Shown: positions 40,423 through 56,507, counted from the stretch's first letter. The stretch: 64,000 nucleotides of DNA from the human T2T-CHM13v2.0 reference genome, Homo sapiens (GCF_009914755.1 NC_060929.1); one strand, 5' to 3'. The notes: generated from the sequence alone by a model not told the origin. Numbers and translations: made by a program.

Positions 40423-43400
40423 GGCAGTTAGGGAATTCAGTTGCCCCTAACATCATCTAGTACGAACTTGGCCCAATGGAAGTACACGGTGTTGAATGGC
40501 AGGCAAGCTAATAAAATCCAGCCTCTAGGATTGCATAAATTCTAGGTGAATAAAGAGAGTGGGTAATGTACACAAGGTGGAGTCTAGGAGGCTGGCTGCA
40601 TATTCCGAGCTGGAAGTCACTGTGAGTGACAGGGAAGCTGGAGAATCCCAGTCACTGCTGCAGGCTGCTTTCATCACCGGGAGTCACTGAGCTCATGTCA
40701 TCTTTACCATCAATGAGGTTAAATGACAAAATTACCACCCCAAGGCAGCAAAAGTGTCAAACAGGTGGTACATATACGTTGTAAAGACTTACACATCCAC
40801 AGGAGGTGGCACTAGGAGAATTGCTACTAATCATGGCAGCTTCTCAACCTGTGATGGACAGTCTCAAAGATGCCAATGAGACCAAAGATGTGACTGTATA
40901 CAAGAGCTCAACACTGGCAGCCACAATGTGTTAGAGAGGGACTGAGAAATAAACTCTCCTGATGTTTGAGAACAAGAACAGAGATTCATAGCCAAAACAT
41001 CTCCTACACAAACTCACAAATCCTAGGCTTTGAAATTATTTCCAACTTAGAAAATAAAGGTTGATTTTGTAAGTGAAATTAATTTTAAGACCTAGTGGCT
41101 CAAAAATGTCTTAGAAATCAACATTTTTCTTCATATTTCTTGTCTGTCTGAACTTTTAAAAACTATTATCATCATTTTGAATAGTTTCAACTTTTATTTT
41201 AGATTCAGGGGGTACAGGTGCAGGTTTGTTACAAGGGTATATTGTGTGATGATGGGGTTTGAGGTATGGATGATTCCATCAACCAGGTAGTGAGCTTAGT
41301 ACCCTGTAAGTAGTTTTTCAGCCCACACCTCCCTCCCTTCCTCTCTACCCCTTTAGTCATTCCCCAGTGTCTATAGTTCCTATCTTTATGCCCACGCATA
41401 TGTGTGTTTAGCTCTCACTTGTGAGAACATGCAGTATTTGGTTTTCTGCTCCTGTGTTAATTCACTTAGAATAATGGCCTCCAGCTGCATCTATGCTGCT
41501 ACACAGGATATGATTTTTGTTCTTTTTTTATGGCTGCGTAATATTCTACAACGTATATATACCAGATTGTCTTTATCCAGTCCACCATTGATGGGCACCT
41601 AGATTGATTCCATGTGTTTGCTATTGTGAATAGCACTGTAGTGAACATACAAGTGAATGTGTCTTTTGGTAGAATGATTTATTTTCCTTTGGGTATACAT
41701 CCAGTAATGGGATTTCTGGGTCAAATGGCAGCTCTGCTTTTTAAGTTCTTTCAAAAATCTCAAAACTGCTTTCCATAGTGGCTGAACTAATTTACATCCT
41801 CACCAACAGTGTATAAGCATTCCCTTTTCTCCACAGACTTACCAGCATCTGTCATTTTTTGACTTTTTAATGATAGCTTTTCTAACTAGTATGAGATGGC
41901 CTCTCATTGTGGTTTGGATTTGCATTTTTCTGAGGATTAGTGATGATGTGTATTTTTTCATATGTTTGTTGGCTGCTTGTATGTCTTCTTTTGAGAAGTG
42001 CCTGTTCATGTCCTTTGCTCACATTTTAATGGGGTTATTTGGTTTTTGCTTGTTGATTTAAGTTCCTTATTGATTCTGGATATTAAACCATTGTTAGATG
42101 CATAATTTGTGAATATTTTTGCCCATTCTGTAGGTTGTCTGTTTACTTTGTTAATAGTTTCTTTTGCTGGGCAGAAGCTCTTAATTTAATTAGGTCCCAC
42201 TTGTCAATGTTTGCTTCTGCTGTAATTGCTTTTGGGGACTTAGCCAAGAATTCTCTGCCAAAGCCAATGTCGAGAAGGGTATTTCCTAGGTTTTCTTCTA
42301 GGATTTTTGTAGTTTGAGGTCTAACATTTAAATCTTTAATCCATCTTAATTAATTTTGTGTAGGGTGAAAGGCAGGGGTCTGGTTTCATTCTTATGCATA
42401 TGTCAAGCCAGTTACTTCAGAACCACTTATTGAATAGGGAGTCCTTTCCTCATTTCTTGTTTTTGCCATCTTTGAAGATCAGGTGTTTGTAGGTCTGTAG
42501 CTTTATTTCTGGGTTCTCTATTCTGTCCCATTGGTCTACATGTCTGTTTTTATACCTGTACCTTGTTAGTTTGGTTACTGTAGTATAGTTTGAAGTCAGG
42601 TAATGTGATGCCTCCACCTTTGTTTTTTTTTGCTTAGGGTTGCTTTGGACATTTGGGCTCTTTATTGGTTCCACATGAATTTTAAAATAGTTTTTTCTAA
42701 TTCTGTGAAAACTAATATTGGTAGTTAGGAATAGTATTGAATCTATAAATTTCTTTGGGCAGTATGGCCATTTTAACAATATTGATTCTTCCAATTCAGG
42801 AGCATGGAATGCTTTTCCATTTGCTTGTATCACGTCTGATTTCTTTGAGCAGTGTTTTGTAGTTCTCCTTGTAGAGATCTTTCACCTCCTTAGTTAGCTG
42901 TATTCTTGGTATTTCATTTTTTGTGGCTATTGTAAAATGTGACTGTGTTCTTGAATTGACTCTCTGCTTGAACATTATTGGTGTATAGAAATGCTACTGA
43001 TTTTTGTGCATTGATTTTTGTATCCTGAAACTTTAGTGAAATTGTTTATGAATTCTAGAAACCCTCTGGCAGAGTGGTTAGTGTATTCTAGGTATAGAAT
43101 TGTATCATCAGCAAATACAAGTAGTTTGACTTCTTCTTTTTTCCTGTTTGAATGTTTTTTATTTCTTTCTCTTCCCTGATTGCTCTGGCCAGGACTTCCA
43201 GTACTATGTTGAATGGGAGTGAGGAGAGTAGGCACCCTTGTCTTGTTCCAGTTCTCAGAGAGAATGGTTCCAGCTATTGCCCATTTAGTATAATGTTGGC
43301 TATGTGTTTGTCATTGACAGCTCTTATTATTTTGTAGTATGTTCCTTTGATGACTAGTCTGTTAAGTGTTTTTATCATGAAGGGATGTTGGATTTTTCAA

Positions 43401-45025
43401 CAGCATTTTCTGGATCTACCAAGATAATCATATGATTTTTGCTTTTAATTTTGTTTATGTGATGAGTCACATTTATTGATTTGCATATGTTGAACCAGCC
43501 TTTGTCCCAGGAATAAAATCTACTTGATTGTGGTTTATTAATTTTTGGTGTGTTTCTGGATTCAGTTTGTTAGTATTTTGTTGAAGATACCTGTTCAACA
43601 TGTTCATCGGAGATACTGATCTGCAGTTTTCTTTATTCATTGTGTCTCTGCCGACATTTTGGTATTAGGCCGATGCTGGCTTTGTAGAATGAGTTAGAGA
43701 TGAGCCCCTTCTTCTCAAGTTTTTGAAATACTTTAAGTAAGATTGGTACCAGTTCTTCATACCTCTGGTAGAATTTGGCTGTGAATCTGTCTGGTCCAGG
43801 GCTTTTTTTAGTTGGCAGGTTTTTTATGACTGATTCAGTTTCAGAACTCGTTATTGGTCTGTTCAGGTTTTTACTTTCTTCTTGGTTTAATATTGGGAGG
43901 TTGTTTCCAGGAATTTATCCATTTTCTCTAGGTCTTTTGTATATCTGTGGGATTGGATGTAATGTCACCTCTCTCATTTCTGATTGGACTTACTTGGATC
44001 TTCTCTTTATTAGTCTAGCTAGCAGTCTATCAATCCTTTCTATTCTTTTAACTCTAACAAATGAAACTCTTGGTTTCATTGATCTTTTGTATGGATTCGA
44101 GCCTCAATTTTGTTCAGTTCTTCTCTAGTTTTAGTTATTTCTTTTCTTCTGTTAGCTTTGGGGTTGGTTCAGTTTTTTTCTAGTTCCTGTAGGTACAATA
44201 TTAGATTAACTTAAAATCTAACTTATTGATGAAGGCATTTAGTGCTATAAACTTTCCTCTTAGCACTGCTTTAGCTGCATCCCAAAGATTTTGGTCATGT
44301 CTCTGTTTTCATTAACTTCAAATAGTTTTTTTAATTTAAGCCTTTGTTTCATTGTTCACCCAAGAGTTATTCAAGAGCAAGTTGTCTAATTTCCATGTAT
44401 TTGTGTAGTTTTGAGAGGTCATCTTGATATGAATTTCTATTTTTATTGCACTGTGGTCTGAAAGTGTGCTTGGTATGACTTCAATTTTTTTTTGTATTTA
44501 TTGAGACTCGCTTAATGACAGAGTATTTGGTTGATCTTAGACTATGTTCCATGTGCAGATGAGAAGAACGTATATTCTGTAGTTGCTGGGTGAAAGATTA
44601 GGTAGATGTCTATTAGGTCAAATTGGTTGAGTGCCAAGTTAAAGTCCAGAATTTCTTTGTTAGTTTACTGCCTCAAAATTCTAATGTTGTCAGTGGGATG
44701 TTGGATATTGAAGTCTCCCATTATGATTGTGTGGCTGTCTAGGTCTTTTTGTAGTTAGAGAAGAACTTGTTTTATGAATCTGAGTGCTCCAATGTTGAGT
44801 GTGCATATACTTAGGATAGGTCTGTGTTCTTTGTGGATTGAACCCTTTATCATTATGTAATGCTCTTCTTTGTCCTTCTTAATTGTTGTTCATTTAAAGT
44901 CTGCTTCATCTGATATAAGAATAGTGACTACTGTTCTTTTTTGTTTTCTGTTTGCATGGTAGATCTTTCTCCATCCTGCTACTTCAAGCCTGTGGGTGTC
45001 ATTATATTTGTGATGGGTCTCTTGA

Positions 45026-45362
<337 letters not shown>

Positions 45363-45834
45363 AGGTCTCGTCTTTTTATCTGGCTTTCCACTCTATACCT
45401 TTTAAGTGGTGGCATTTAGACCGTTTGCATTCAGGGTTAGTTTTGATATGTGAGATTTTGATTCTTTCATTGTGTTGTTAGCTGGTTGTTTTGTAGACTT
45501 GATTGGTATAGTTGCTTTATAGTGTCTGTGGGCCATGTGCTTAAGTGTGTTTTTGTTTTAGCAGGTGTCTTTCTTTTGTTTCTATGTTTAGCATTTCCTT
45601 AAGGACTTCTTGTAAAGCTGGTCTAATAAATTTCCTTAGCATCTGCTTAGTCTGAGAAGGATTTTATTTCTCTTTCACTTATGAAACTTAGTTTGGCAGG
45701 ATATGAAATTCTTGGTTGGAATTTGTTCTCTTTAACGATGCTGAAAATAGGCCCTCAGTCTCTTCTGCTTTGTAAATTTTCTAAGAGGTCTGCTGCTAGC
45801 CTGACAGGGTTCCCTTTATAAATGACCTGACTCA

Positions 45835-46212
<378 letters not shown>

Positions 46213-46315
46213 TCATCCTCTCTAGTAAGAGTGGGGAAATTTTCGTGGATTATATCCTAAAATATATTTTCCAAGTCGCTTACTCTCTCTCCTACTCTTT
46301 CAGGAATGCCGATGA

Positions 46316-46960
<645 letters not shown>

Positions 46961-48622
46961 CACAATTTTACTTTTAAAAATTCTTTTTTCTTTATTTTTG
47001 TCCGAGTTGATTTGCAGAACTGGTCTATGAGCTCTGAGATTCTTTCCTCAGCTTGGTCTAATATGCTGTTAATGCTTCTGACTGAGTTATGAAATTCTTG
47101 TAGGGAGCTTAATTCCAGAAGATCAGTTTGATTCTTTCTTAAAATGGCTATTTTGTCTTTCGGCTCTTAGATAGTTTTACTGGATTCCTTGGATTCAGTT
47201 TTAACTTTCTCCTGAATCTTGATGAGCTTCTTTGCCATACAGATTCTGAATTCCTTATCTGTCATTTCAGTCATTTCATTTTGGCTAAGAATCATTGCTG
47301 GGGAGCTAGTGGGCTCATGTGGAGGTAAAGGGGTGCTCTGGATTTTAGAGTTATAGAATTCTCACACTGGTTCTTTCTGATTTGTGTGGGTTGATGTTCC
47401 TTTAACCTTTGAAGTTGCTGTCCTTTGGATGGGGCTTTTAACTTTTACGTTCTTCACATTTTTTTCTCCAACACACCATTGCTGGTTTGAAGCTTTTAAA
47501 TTTTTCAATGCCCTTAAAGGTTTGACAGTAGTATAAGTTGGGTTTAGTTGACTGGCGTCATTTCTGGATGCTTTCAGAAGTCCTAGGCTCAGCTTGGCAC
47601 TCTTGGGCTGCCTGCTTTAACTCTGGGAGGGACTGGGACTGGGTCTGTGGCTTTGTTCTCTGGTTTCTCGATGTCAAACACTGGCTGCACTGAGGGGGCC
47701 GAGGTGCTCCCTCTCCACTGGCAATCGTGCTCCATCAGGGGCTGCTGGCAAAAGCACTCCAATGGGATGGCAGTGGGGCCACAGGTGAAAGTGCTCCACT
47801 GGGCCAGCAACGGTCTTGGGTGAAAGTGCTCCAGCATGGTGGTGTAGTGAGGCGGCTCTGAAGTTTCAGTGAGCCATTGGTCTACAACTAGTAGCAGCTC
47901 CTGTACCTTCCCCCAACCCCTACGTTTTGTTGAAGGAGAGGTTATATTACTTCTCACTCCATAAGGCATTTCCTTAATCCAAAAGATTAGGTGATACTGT
48001 GGTTTGATTGTGATGCTTAAGAATGCAGTCTGAGTTTTCAAATCAATGACACTTTGAGTAATTTAGAAAATGCTTTAAATGACTCCAAACTCTAGCTTGT
48101 GGAGTTTATTTCATATAGTTAGTTTTCTATAAAACGTCATTAAGTCTCCCTTTCTCTTTCTGTTGGCCCTTGGTCACCAACCAGAAAAGGACATCCAGAG
48201 TTGGGATGGAAGGTAGACCTTAGTTCTATTAGAGAAAATGTAAAAGCATTTTCCCTATGCAAGGGAATTCCTTGACCATAACTTGATTACTGGGGACAGC
48301 AAATTTGAATAACTAGTAAACTTAAAAACCAGCTCTGCAATTCAATAATATAGCCTCAGACATTGAGAAAAGCACTTAAATAAATCTCACATGCTACAAA
48401 CTAATGAAACTTTCCAAAGGAAAAAAAAGTAAATATATATGTATTGTAATATAAAACAAAAGGAAAATGGGGCTAAAATAAATTGAAAGGGCCCTCAGAT
48501 ATTTAAAACCAATAAAAATACTATATTTTGGGAAGATTTTAAAAGTATCATTGGAAAAAGCAGTACTGGCAAATTCTGTCCTTTTTCCCCCCTGAATTTG
48601 TTTTCTTCTTAAATTAAAACTC

Positions 48623-48627
<5 letters not shown>

Positions 48628-48674
<47 letters not shown>
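48628..48674 (+). repeat. Pure poly(A) tract, A47
   Basis: Counted directly; no adjacent SINE/LINE body. Confidence 0.95.
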
Positions 48675-48679
<5 letters not shown>

Positions 48680-51439
48680 CAAGCCTCTCTAGCTGGGCTA
48701 TGAGGAATACTATTCATTTCTCCATTTCTCCCCCTGACCTGATTAGTTGGAACATCTTTCGAATGATTAGTTTTCAATTTGCACCATTGTCAGAGAGAAA
48801 GGCCTCCAAATTAATGGCCACATTGATTGTTTATGCCTCCAAGAGACAAATTAAAAAAATTTCAGCAACGCTGAAAAGAAATAGTGATCTTCTGAAAAGA
48901 TTTAGCTTAATAGATTTTTTAAAAAGAAAAATGAAGGTTTTGGCAACTTGCAAAAAGTATGTTTAAAATTCCAGTTACAAGTCTGGCTGCCTAGAGAGTT
49001 TGAGTACTAAGGGTTTTGTCGATTTTTAGCATAAGAAGCTGACCTAAGATTTTGGGATCCTTGGACCCATCAGTGGAAATTTTGATAGAACTGCAATTCT
49101 GGCTCATACATAGGGCCCATTTACCATGCTCACTTCCTTTTAATAAGAAATGCTGTGCCTCACATCTTCCCTCCATTGTCCTTCCTGGGTAGTTCATCCT
49201 CTCTGCCTCTGCTTTTGGAACCACACTAAAAATTCAAGAGGAAAGGTTTCTACAAACATTGTTCTGTTTGGTTGGCACAGAAGGGACAGGAATTTGCACA
49301 GAGCTTTTGTCGGGCAAGTTTCTCTTAATTCCCTGCCAATGAAGTTGTAATGCTGTGTCTCAGATGAAGAAAGGTAACAACAGATGAGACAACTATTCAC
49401 TCCATCTTACATTTACTCTAAAGAACTGCAATATGTTTTTGCAGCAGGGGAAGGACCACATTAGAAGTAAGCTTACTTTCATTATTGATATTTACCTTGT
49501 TGAAATTGGCCAATATAATGATGCAATGGCTATTCATGATAGCAGCATGCCCAAAATTGTAGCTCACTGAGGACCAATAATGATCAATGTTCAAGGATGA
49601 GAAATATAGTAATGTTTTCTCTGTTCTTGTTGAGGTTTGATGATTGTTGTTTATGCCATGGCAAATGAGGTTTCATTAGATATTAACATAGTTTCCATGA
49701 TTTAAATTGGTGTTGAATGCCCATTTTTCTCAATATCATCTCATTTCCTTAACTTTCTTATGTGTCTGAACCTGGTGGTCATACTCCCTCTCAAATCCCT
49801 CTTTGTAAATTCTTTGATGTGGGTCAGCACAAAAAAGAGGTGTCAGTCTCAAATGACACCTTATTTCAATGAGGTCCAATTATGGTCAAAGAGATGGTCA
49901 AAACCAACAATTTATGGAATATTAAACTGGTAAAGGCAGAGATCAAACTGATCATCTAAGGCTTGGTATCCAGCATTTGAAGCCCTACATGCCCCCCGTA
50001 TTACTAAGCCCAGACCTGCTGTTGGCAGGTCAGCACAATCAAGATTGCTTCACACAACTGCAAACTGAATGACCAAGCACTGTGTAGCGTAATGGGGCCC
50101 TGCAGTCATCACTTATAAAACCCAGAACCATAACATGGATCATGTGTTCCATATGAATTGCCATGGTTGTATATCTAATTTTTTCCCTGTCCCAAACTAT
50201 GGTACTAGTTATTCACAGCAGATTGGTAATATTTTGTAAAACCAATGCTTTGACTATGTGATATTAACACTCACGAGGACCTGATAACTTCCAAACACAG
50301 CAGAACATTTGGACACTTGTCACCTGAGTCCTGTGCCAGCTATACCAACTTGGCTGAACTGTTGTCATATTCCACTAGTCTCTACCTAAGGTCATCTCCA
50401 GTCTTGGCTCACTTAGCTAGCTTTGGAATTTGCTCTCCCCTTTATCCAATGCTTCCTCTTCTTTGTTACATTATATTGCTCAGGTCTTTTAAAAATCTGT
50501 AGAACAAGCTCTTGCTTGAAGCCTTCCTGAAGTCATTGGTTCCACTTTTTTTTTTTTTTTCAGGCCAGAAAAAATAGCCTCTGATTTACTTTCCTGGGTG
50601 ATGCACTATTAAAAATTCTATGATTATATAATATTTCCTATTGCAGAATATCTCTTGTTATACTGAAAGCTATTGAAAACTGCCCTTAATAGATACTTTA
50701 AGGTGTCTAGTGGTATATATCAAGCTGGGTTGGGGAGCAAAGGTAGCGGGTTGTGTAAACCCCTTTCTACCAGGAGGTTTCCCTGGTGGAAAGAGTATTT
50801 TTTTAAGTCACTGGCATTGTTTAGAATTGCTGGTGCATGGTAATAATAAGCAGACTAGCTTTCAGTTGGGTTTATTATCATTTTTAAGTTATCTACAGAC
50901 AATGAACCCCTTTATACCTTGGCAGACTGCTCTCACTTCAACACCTTCCCCCTTGTATATCACTGTTCAAAGCAACCCCTAAATGATCAAATTATATATG
51001 AGAACAAAACATTCCTGAAAGATCCTCCTTATTGAAGTACATATTTCACATGGCATAGTCAAAGTTTTCAAAGACTATAGGGAAAGGAGCCGCACACTCT
51101 GTGTACATAAGTAATTGCAGTTATTCTCATGTGGCCTAAGACTACAAAACACGCTTGCATCGGCTTTTGTGCTCTAGCACTGTCCTTCTGTTAATACAAA
51201 TGAATTAAAGAAATTAACCAATTTCTTAGAGTCTACATAATCTCACATTTCTTAATTTGTTGGATTTGTCTCCACTATACTCAGCTTAATCTCTTTTGTG
51301 GTCTCCCCTCATTTAAGTAAAACTCGTAACAATTCACAACAAATAATCAAGCCAAATGAAATTTTTTTTTCTTTCTGAGGACTATGAGACCTGAAGGTCC
51401 CTACATATAAGGTCATGTCCGATAGTTCACCTTCTTACC

Positions 51440-51710
51440 TCTCAAACACTTTTGCTATTTTTTCAATGTCTTTCTTCCCAGCGAACTAGTTAGGGAAGTG
51501 TAGGGGGCATGAAAGCGTGTGTGGAGATGGGTGCATGGAAGCGTTTTAGGGCCAGGGTAGAATGACACATCCCACAAGTACTCATACCCTACATTACTTA
51601 TTGGCAGAATTCAGCCACATGCCACACCCAGCAGCAAAGGAAGCTGCAAAATGTAAACCCATGAAGAAGAGGAGATGAACACTGGTGACTAGTTAGTGGT
51701 CTCTACTACA
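51440..51710 (-). mobile_element. MaLR LTR fragment (MLT1J-like)
   Basis: ATTGGCAGAATTCAGCCACATGCCACACC..GCAGCAAAGGAAGCTGCAAAATGTA...GTCTCTACTACA. Confidence 0.65.
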
Positions 51711-53087
51711 CCACCAGTTAGTCAGGAGAAGGGCAAACTCAATCTTGTCACTGCCAAAAATCTTGTGCTCGGGTGCATTGCCTCACACATTGTAGATTCG
51801 TAGAAAACACCTGCCAATTAGGTTTGTGCTAAGTATTCTATGAACGATAAGGAAAGAGTGGGCCTGCAGTAATCTTCAAAAACTTTAATCAAGTCTTACT
51901 TCTAATAGACCAGCCAATCTGCTAAAAAAACCAAGAGGAGACTCAGCAGATCCCATGAATGTTGATGAAGTTTGATCATTTTGTGGAGAATTATGAAATC
52001 AAGGACAATTTATAACAATTCACTAAAAAATGGTTGCAGGGCTTGTTAACTTTCTAAGTAATCAGTTTATGCACACGTATATTTGATTACATAAGCTATT
52101 TGCATGTTTATATATAGAGAAAGAAAAATAATTGGTGTTATGTGGTTTTCAGAGACAAAAGAGAGGACATGTAAACATTTGCATTGAACAGACAGAGCCT
52201 AAATTCAAGATCTCAGTATAAGGCATCCTGGAATAAATGGGAGACAATATTTCCTGTTTTCAGTTTCCCTTACTATTGCATGTCACTTAGAAAGCCTAGC
52301 AACCAATTTATAAGCCCTCACAGATCAATCACTGCTAGGCAGTAGCCCACATTGTGTTCTAATTCTAAGCATTTCTTCTTGTCTCAGAAATGAACACCGA
52401 TGTAGATTAACCATGTCTACATAGAGGACATGGTTAATTCTTTCAGGTACCATATGAGAACAATGATGACTAATGGGAAACATTTTTAAGATCACAAGAG
52501 AACAGTATATTAACAAGCAAAAAATGTAATCATCTCAAAATAACAGGCATTAACAAACCTGTATACTGCAGAGATGCATTGTTCCTGCATGCAAAGAAAC
52601 TGATGAAATGATTCCCACTGCTATGCTCAGAGAAAAATTAAGTGACAGGTCCCTTTTATTTAGGAGTGTGCTGTTTTTTTTTTTCCCTGATGATGGACTG
52701 ATGATATTATATAAAGGGTTATATAGTGAAGTCATGCTACATCAAATTACTGCTTACACAGGATGCTTCTGAACCATTTAACCTGATACTACAGAATAAA
52801 ACATGTGTAATCAACAAGCACTAAAAAGGAATGAATACGTAACAAGAATGATCCTTCACTTACCTGAAGAATGTGCATGAATTCTATTCAATGACAGTTT
52901 TAATCGATTGTACCTCTTTGATTTTGGCATCCAGATCAACTCCCTACTGATTACTTAGAGGACCCATTGATACTTGGAAATGAATGACTTAAATACCCAT
53001 AAATATGAAGAACATGGCATAATGTCAGAATTGAAACATTGCTCAGACCCATGACCTAGCCAGTGGCTCCAATTAACAATATTAAAC

Positions 53088-53275
53088 CAGTGATTCTCAA
53101 ACTTTAGGATGCATCAGAATCACCTGGATGGTTCATTAAAACACATGTTGCCGGACGCCAGTCCCAAGTTTCTGATTCAGTAGATCTGAGGTACAGTCTG
53201 AGAATTTGCATTTCTAACAGCTTCACAGGTATTGCTGATGCTGTTGGCGCAGGGGCCACACTTTGAGAACGAATG
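53088..53275. mobile_element. MER5A
   Basis: CAGTGATTCTCAAACTTT..GCATCAGAATCACCTGGA...TTCTGATTCAGTAG...GAGAATTTGCATTTCTAACA...CCACACTTTGAGAAC. Confidence 0.92.
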
Positions 53276-53809
53276 CATTAAATTAATAATCAAACATCTG
53301 ATTGAGGAACCACCATATGCCTGGAAATACAGAATAACTGAATTTCCCATTAAAGCGTTGGAGATATTACCCAAACCACACATTTTTATGATAGCTATCA
53401 TATCAACTTTTATTTAAAATCTTAATCTCCCCCCCTCCCCCACTGACAGAGCAAAATGAACAAAATAAACGATTCAACCCCCCTTCCCATTACCTTGCAT
53501 CAGAGTCTTCTTGGAAGCTCTACCAAAATAACTCTACATCTTCTTCAGAATCTTTTTTCAGCCTCATTACATTTAGGGAAAAGAATGCAGGTTCCTCTTT
53601 GGCACTGTGTCCTCAGCTAGTCTGTGGGAAGCTCAGCAACTTGCCACTTGTTCCCAGTTTAAGTAACAGGAATGAGATCATCAACATTTTCTATTGGGTC
53701 TCCTCAATCTCCTCCTGATTCTGGTTTAATACTGGTATGCAATGGACATGTTGAACCCCAATGGTTAAGAAACTCTAAAACTTTTGGCTATGTGCTGGAA
53801 GGACCCCGA

Positions 53810-54006
53810 GAGACAGTCTATCCTGGGTTAAATTCAGCCGCATATCTGTTTTGTTTGGCTGGTACTGTGTTTCAGGAAGAACTGTGCCTGAATGCCTTCA
53901 GGAGGCGCATGCTCTCAGTGGCTTGTACTTCCCCCTGATTTGCCGCTGACTTCACGCATTTACATTACCTGCCTGGCCCTGTAGGTCATTGCAATTGAAG
54001 TACCTG
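53810..54006. mobile_element. MER103-like hAT fragment
   Basis: TGTTTTGTTTGGC...TGAATGCCTTCAGG..GCGCATGCTCTC...CATTTACATTACCTGCCTGGCCCTGTAGG. Confidence 0.55.
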
Positions 54007-54009
54007 AAA

Positions 54010-54125
54010 AACCCTCTGCTTTAACAAATGAGGAAACTAGGCTTTGAAAAAATTAAGTAACTCTCACAGAGTCATGCTGATAGCTAGTGACAGAACAGGA
54101 CTACAACTAATAGCTCAAGATCCTC
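54010..54125 (-). mobile_element. MIR fragment
   Basis: ACAAATGAGGAAACTAGGCT...AAGTAACT...GCTAGTGACAGAACAGGA. Confidence 0.65.
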
Positions 54126-54734
54126 TCTCTCTCTTTTTTTTTTTTTTTTTTGCTGCTTTCTCAACTTCTGGAGTCTCTATTGGTGTCAACACAGACTTTA
54201 GACAAGAACTTGATCAGCATCGCCTGCCTCACTCTGTATTACTTTAAGGTTATACCTATCACAGTCACCCACCTCAGTCTATCAGATGTGCTCCATACCT
54301 TTCTCAACATGGTACCTTCCTGTGGAGTGCTTTGAAACATGTTGAGACACGACTTCACATTTTTTGGTTTGTAGAGGAAGAAAATACGTGAGTAAGTCCA
54401 AGGTAAAAGAAACAACTTGAGCTCTGGCTTTGGAGTCACTGATAGAAATAGTATAGATTTTCACAAAGGCATCCTTATAAATAAAGCCAACAAAAACCAA
54501 ACAAAATAAAACCAAACAAAATTAGACTTCAAATAAAAGGCCAATGCCACAATCTGGGTTTGAAACATAGTAAAGACAAGAAAGAGAAAGTTTCTCCCTG
54601 GCCCTCCTTAATTTGGCTGCCTGTGCTATTCTCCAAATTCCTTTTATCATCATTAGGTGGAGAACATTCATTCACCTGCTCCAATTTGACCTTGTTTTAA
54701 TGGTCAAGCAAAGCACAGGGCAGGAGAACTAAAA

Positions 54735-55052
54735 GCAGCGGTTCGCAAGATTAAGCATACATAGCCATCACCTAGGAGTTCGTTGATGATGCAGCATCTT
54801 TGAAACCAGCTGCAGAGATTTCTGATAGGCCTGAAATCTATATAGTTAGCTAGCACTCACAAGTGTTTTCCATGCTAGTGATGCCTAGAACACACCTGGA
54901 GAAATGCCTTGTGCTTTTCAAACTTCAGTGTGTTTACAAATCTCTGTTGAAATGCAGCCTCGTTAAGTAGGTCTGGGGTGGGGTCTGAGGTTGGGCATTT
55001 CTCAAAAATTCATGTAAGGTGCTGGTCCAGAAACTGCTCTTTGAGAAGCAAG
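54735..55052. mobile_element. Two adjacent MER5-family MITEs
   Basis: CAGCGGTTCGCAAG...ATCACCTAGGAG; GCTTTTCAAACTTCAGTGTG...AGTAGGTCTGGGGTGGGGTCTGAG...CTTTGAGAAGCAAGG. Confidence 0.7.
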
Positions 55053-55208
55053 GGTTTAGAACTCTGATATGGCAGGGAGTTATATTTCCTAGGTTTAAAA
55101 TTCAGCTCTCCACTTTTCTGGTTGTCAGTCTGAAAAAGCAGCTTAACCTCTCTGTGCCTCAATTCTTTCATTCTCAAATGGGACACACTTACATGGCAAT
55201 AGAAATAG

Positions 55209-55526
<318 letters not shown>

Positions 55527-56069
55527 AATACCAAGTTCTTGAACTACATCCCATGCTAACATATTATGAATTTCTTAAAGAGGTACCATATCTTCCTTGA
55601 AAAACAAAACTTTGGAATTTTCCATTTTGAACGCCTACAAGAACAGGCTCCTAATCCACTTCCCTTTTGCCACCACCAAGAATATTTTCTCTCAGAAATT
55701 GATAAAATCGCTTCAATTCTAGGTTTGGCCAGCTAAGAGAAATCTAACTAGCAGCTCATCAGCCACCACAGAGAAAGGTGGTAAACTGGTGGGCAGAGGT
55801 TAGGATGTCTCCCTTCTTGGCTCTACTTACTGTTGTAACATTCAGACAATGCACCTGCCTCCTTCTGCCTCAATCTGTAGGAGAGTGGCTGTGACAGCTA
55901 AGTCACCACCGAGTTACATCTTATCTCCTCATTTTAATCAATAATTCCCATATCTTAGTCTACTGAAGACTCTTTTGAGAAAAATTTTAAACTCGTAGAC
56001 ACCCAGAGCACATTTCACAAGATACAGATTTGGCAGGTCTGCTATGAGCACTCAACATCTCAATTTTTA

Positions 56070-56507
<438 letters not shown>

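Noticed and set aside
42450-43235. Reverse-transcriptase-like peptide ([12 protein letters not shown])
   Set aside because: Decayed ORF2 of the old L1, with many stops and frameshifts. Not a novel RT system.
47589-48041. 150-aa ORF
   Set aside because: Mostly the GC-rich L1 5'UTR; non-ATG start and no recognisable domain.
52791-52805. ACAGAATAAAACATG equals the reverse complement of part of the 22686-22741 insert
   Set aside because: A single AT-rich 15-mer with non-matching flanks 30 kb away; compatible with chance.
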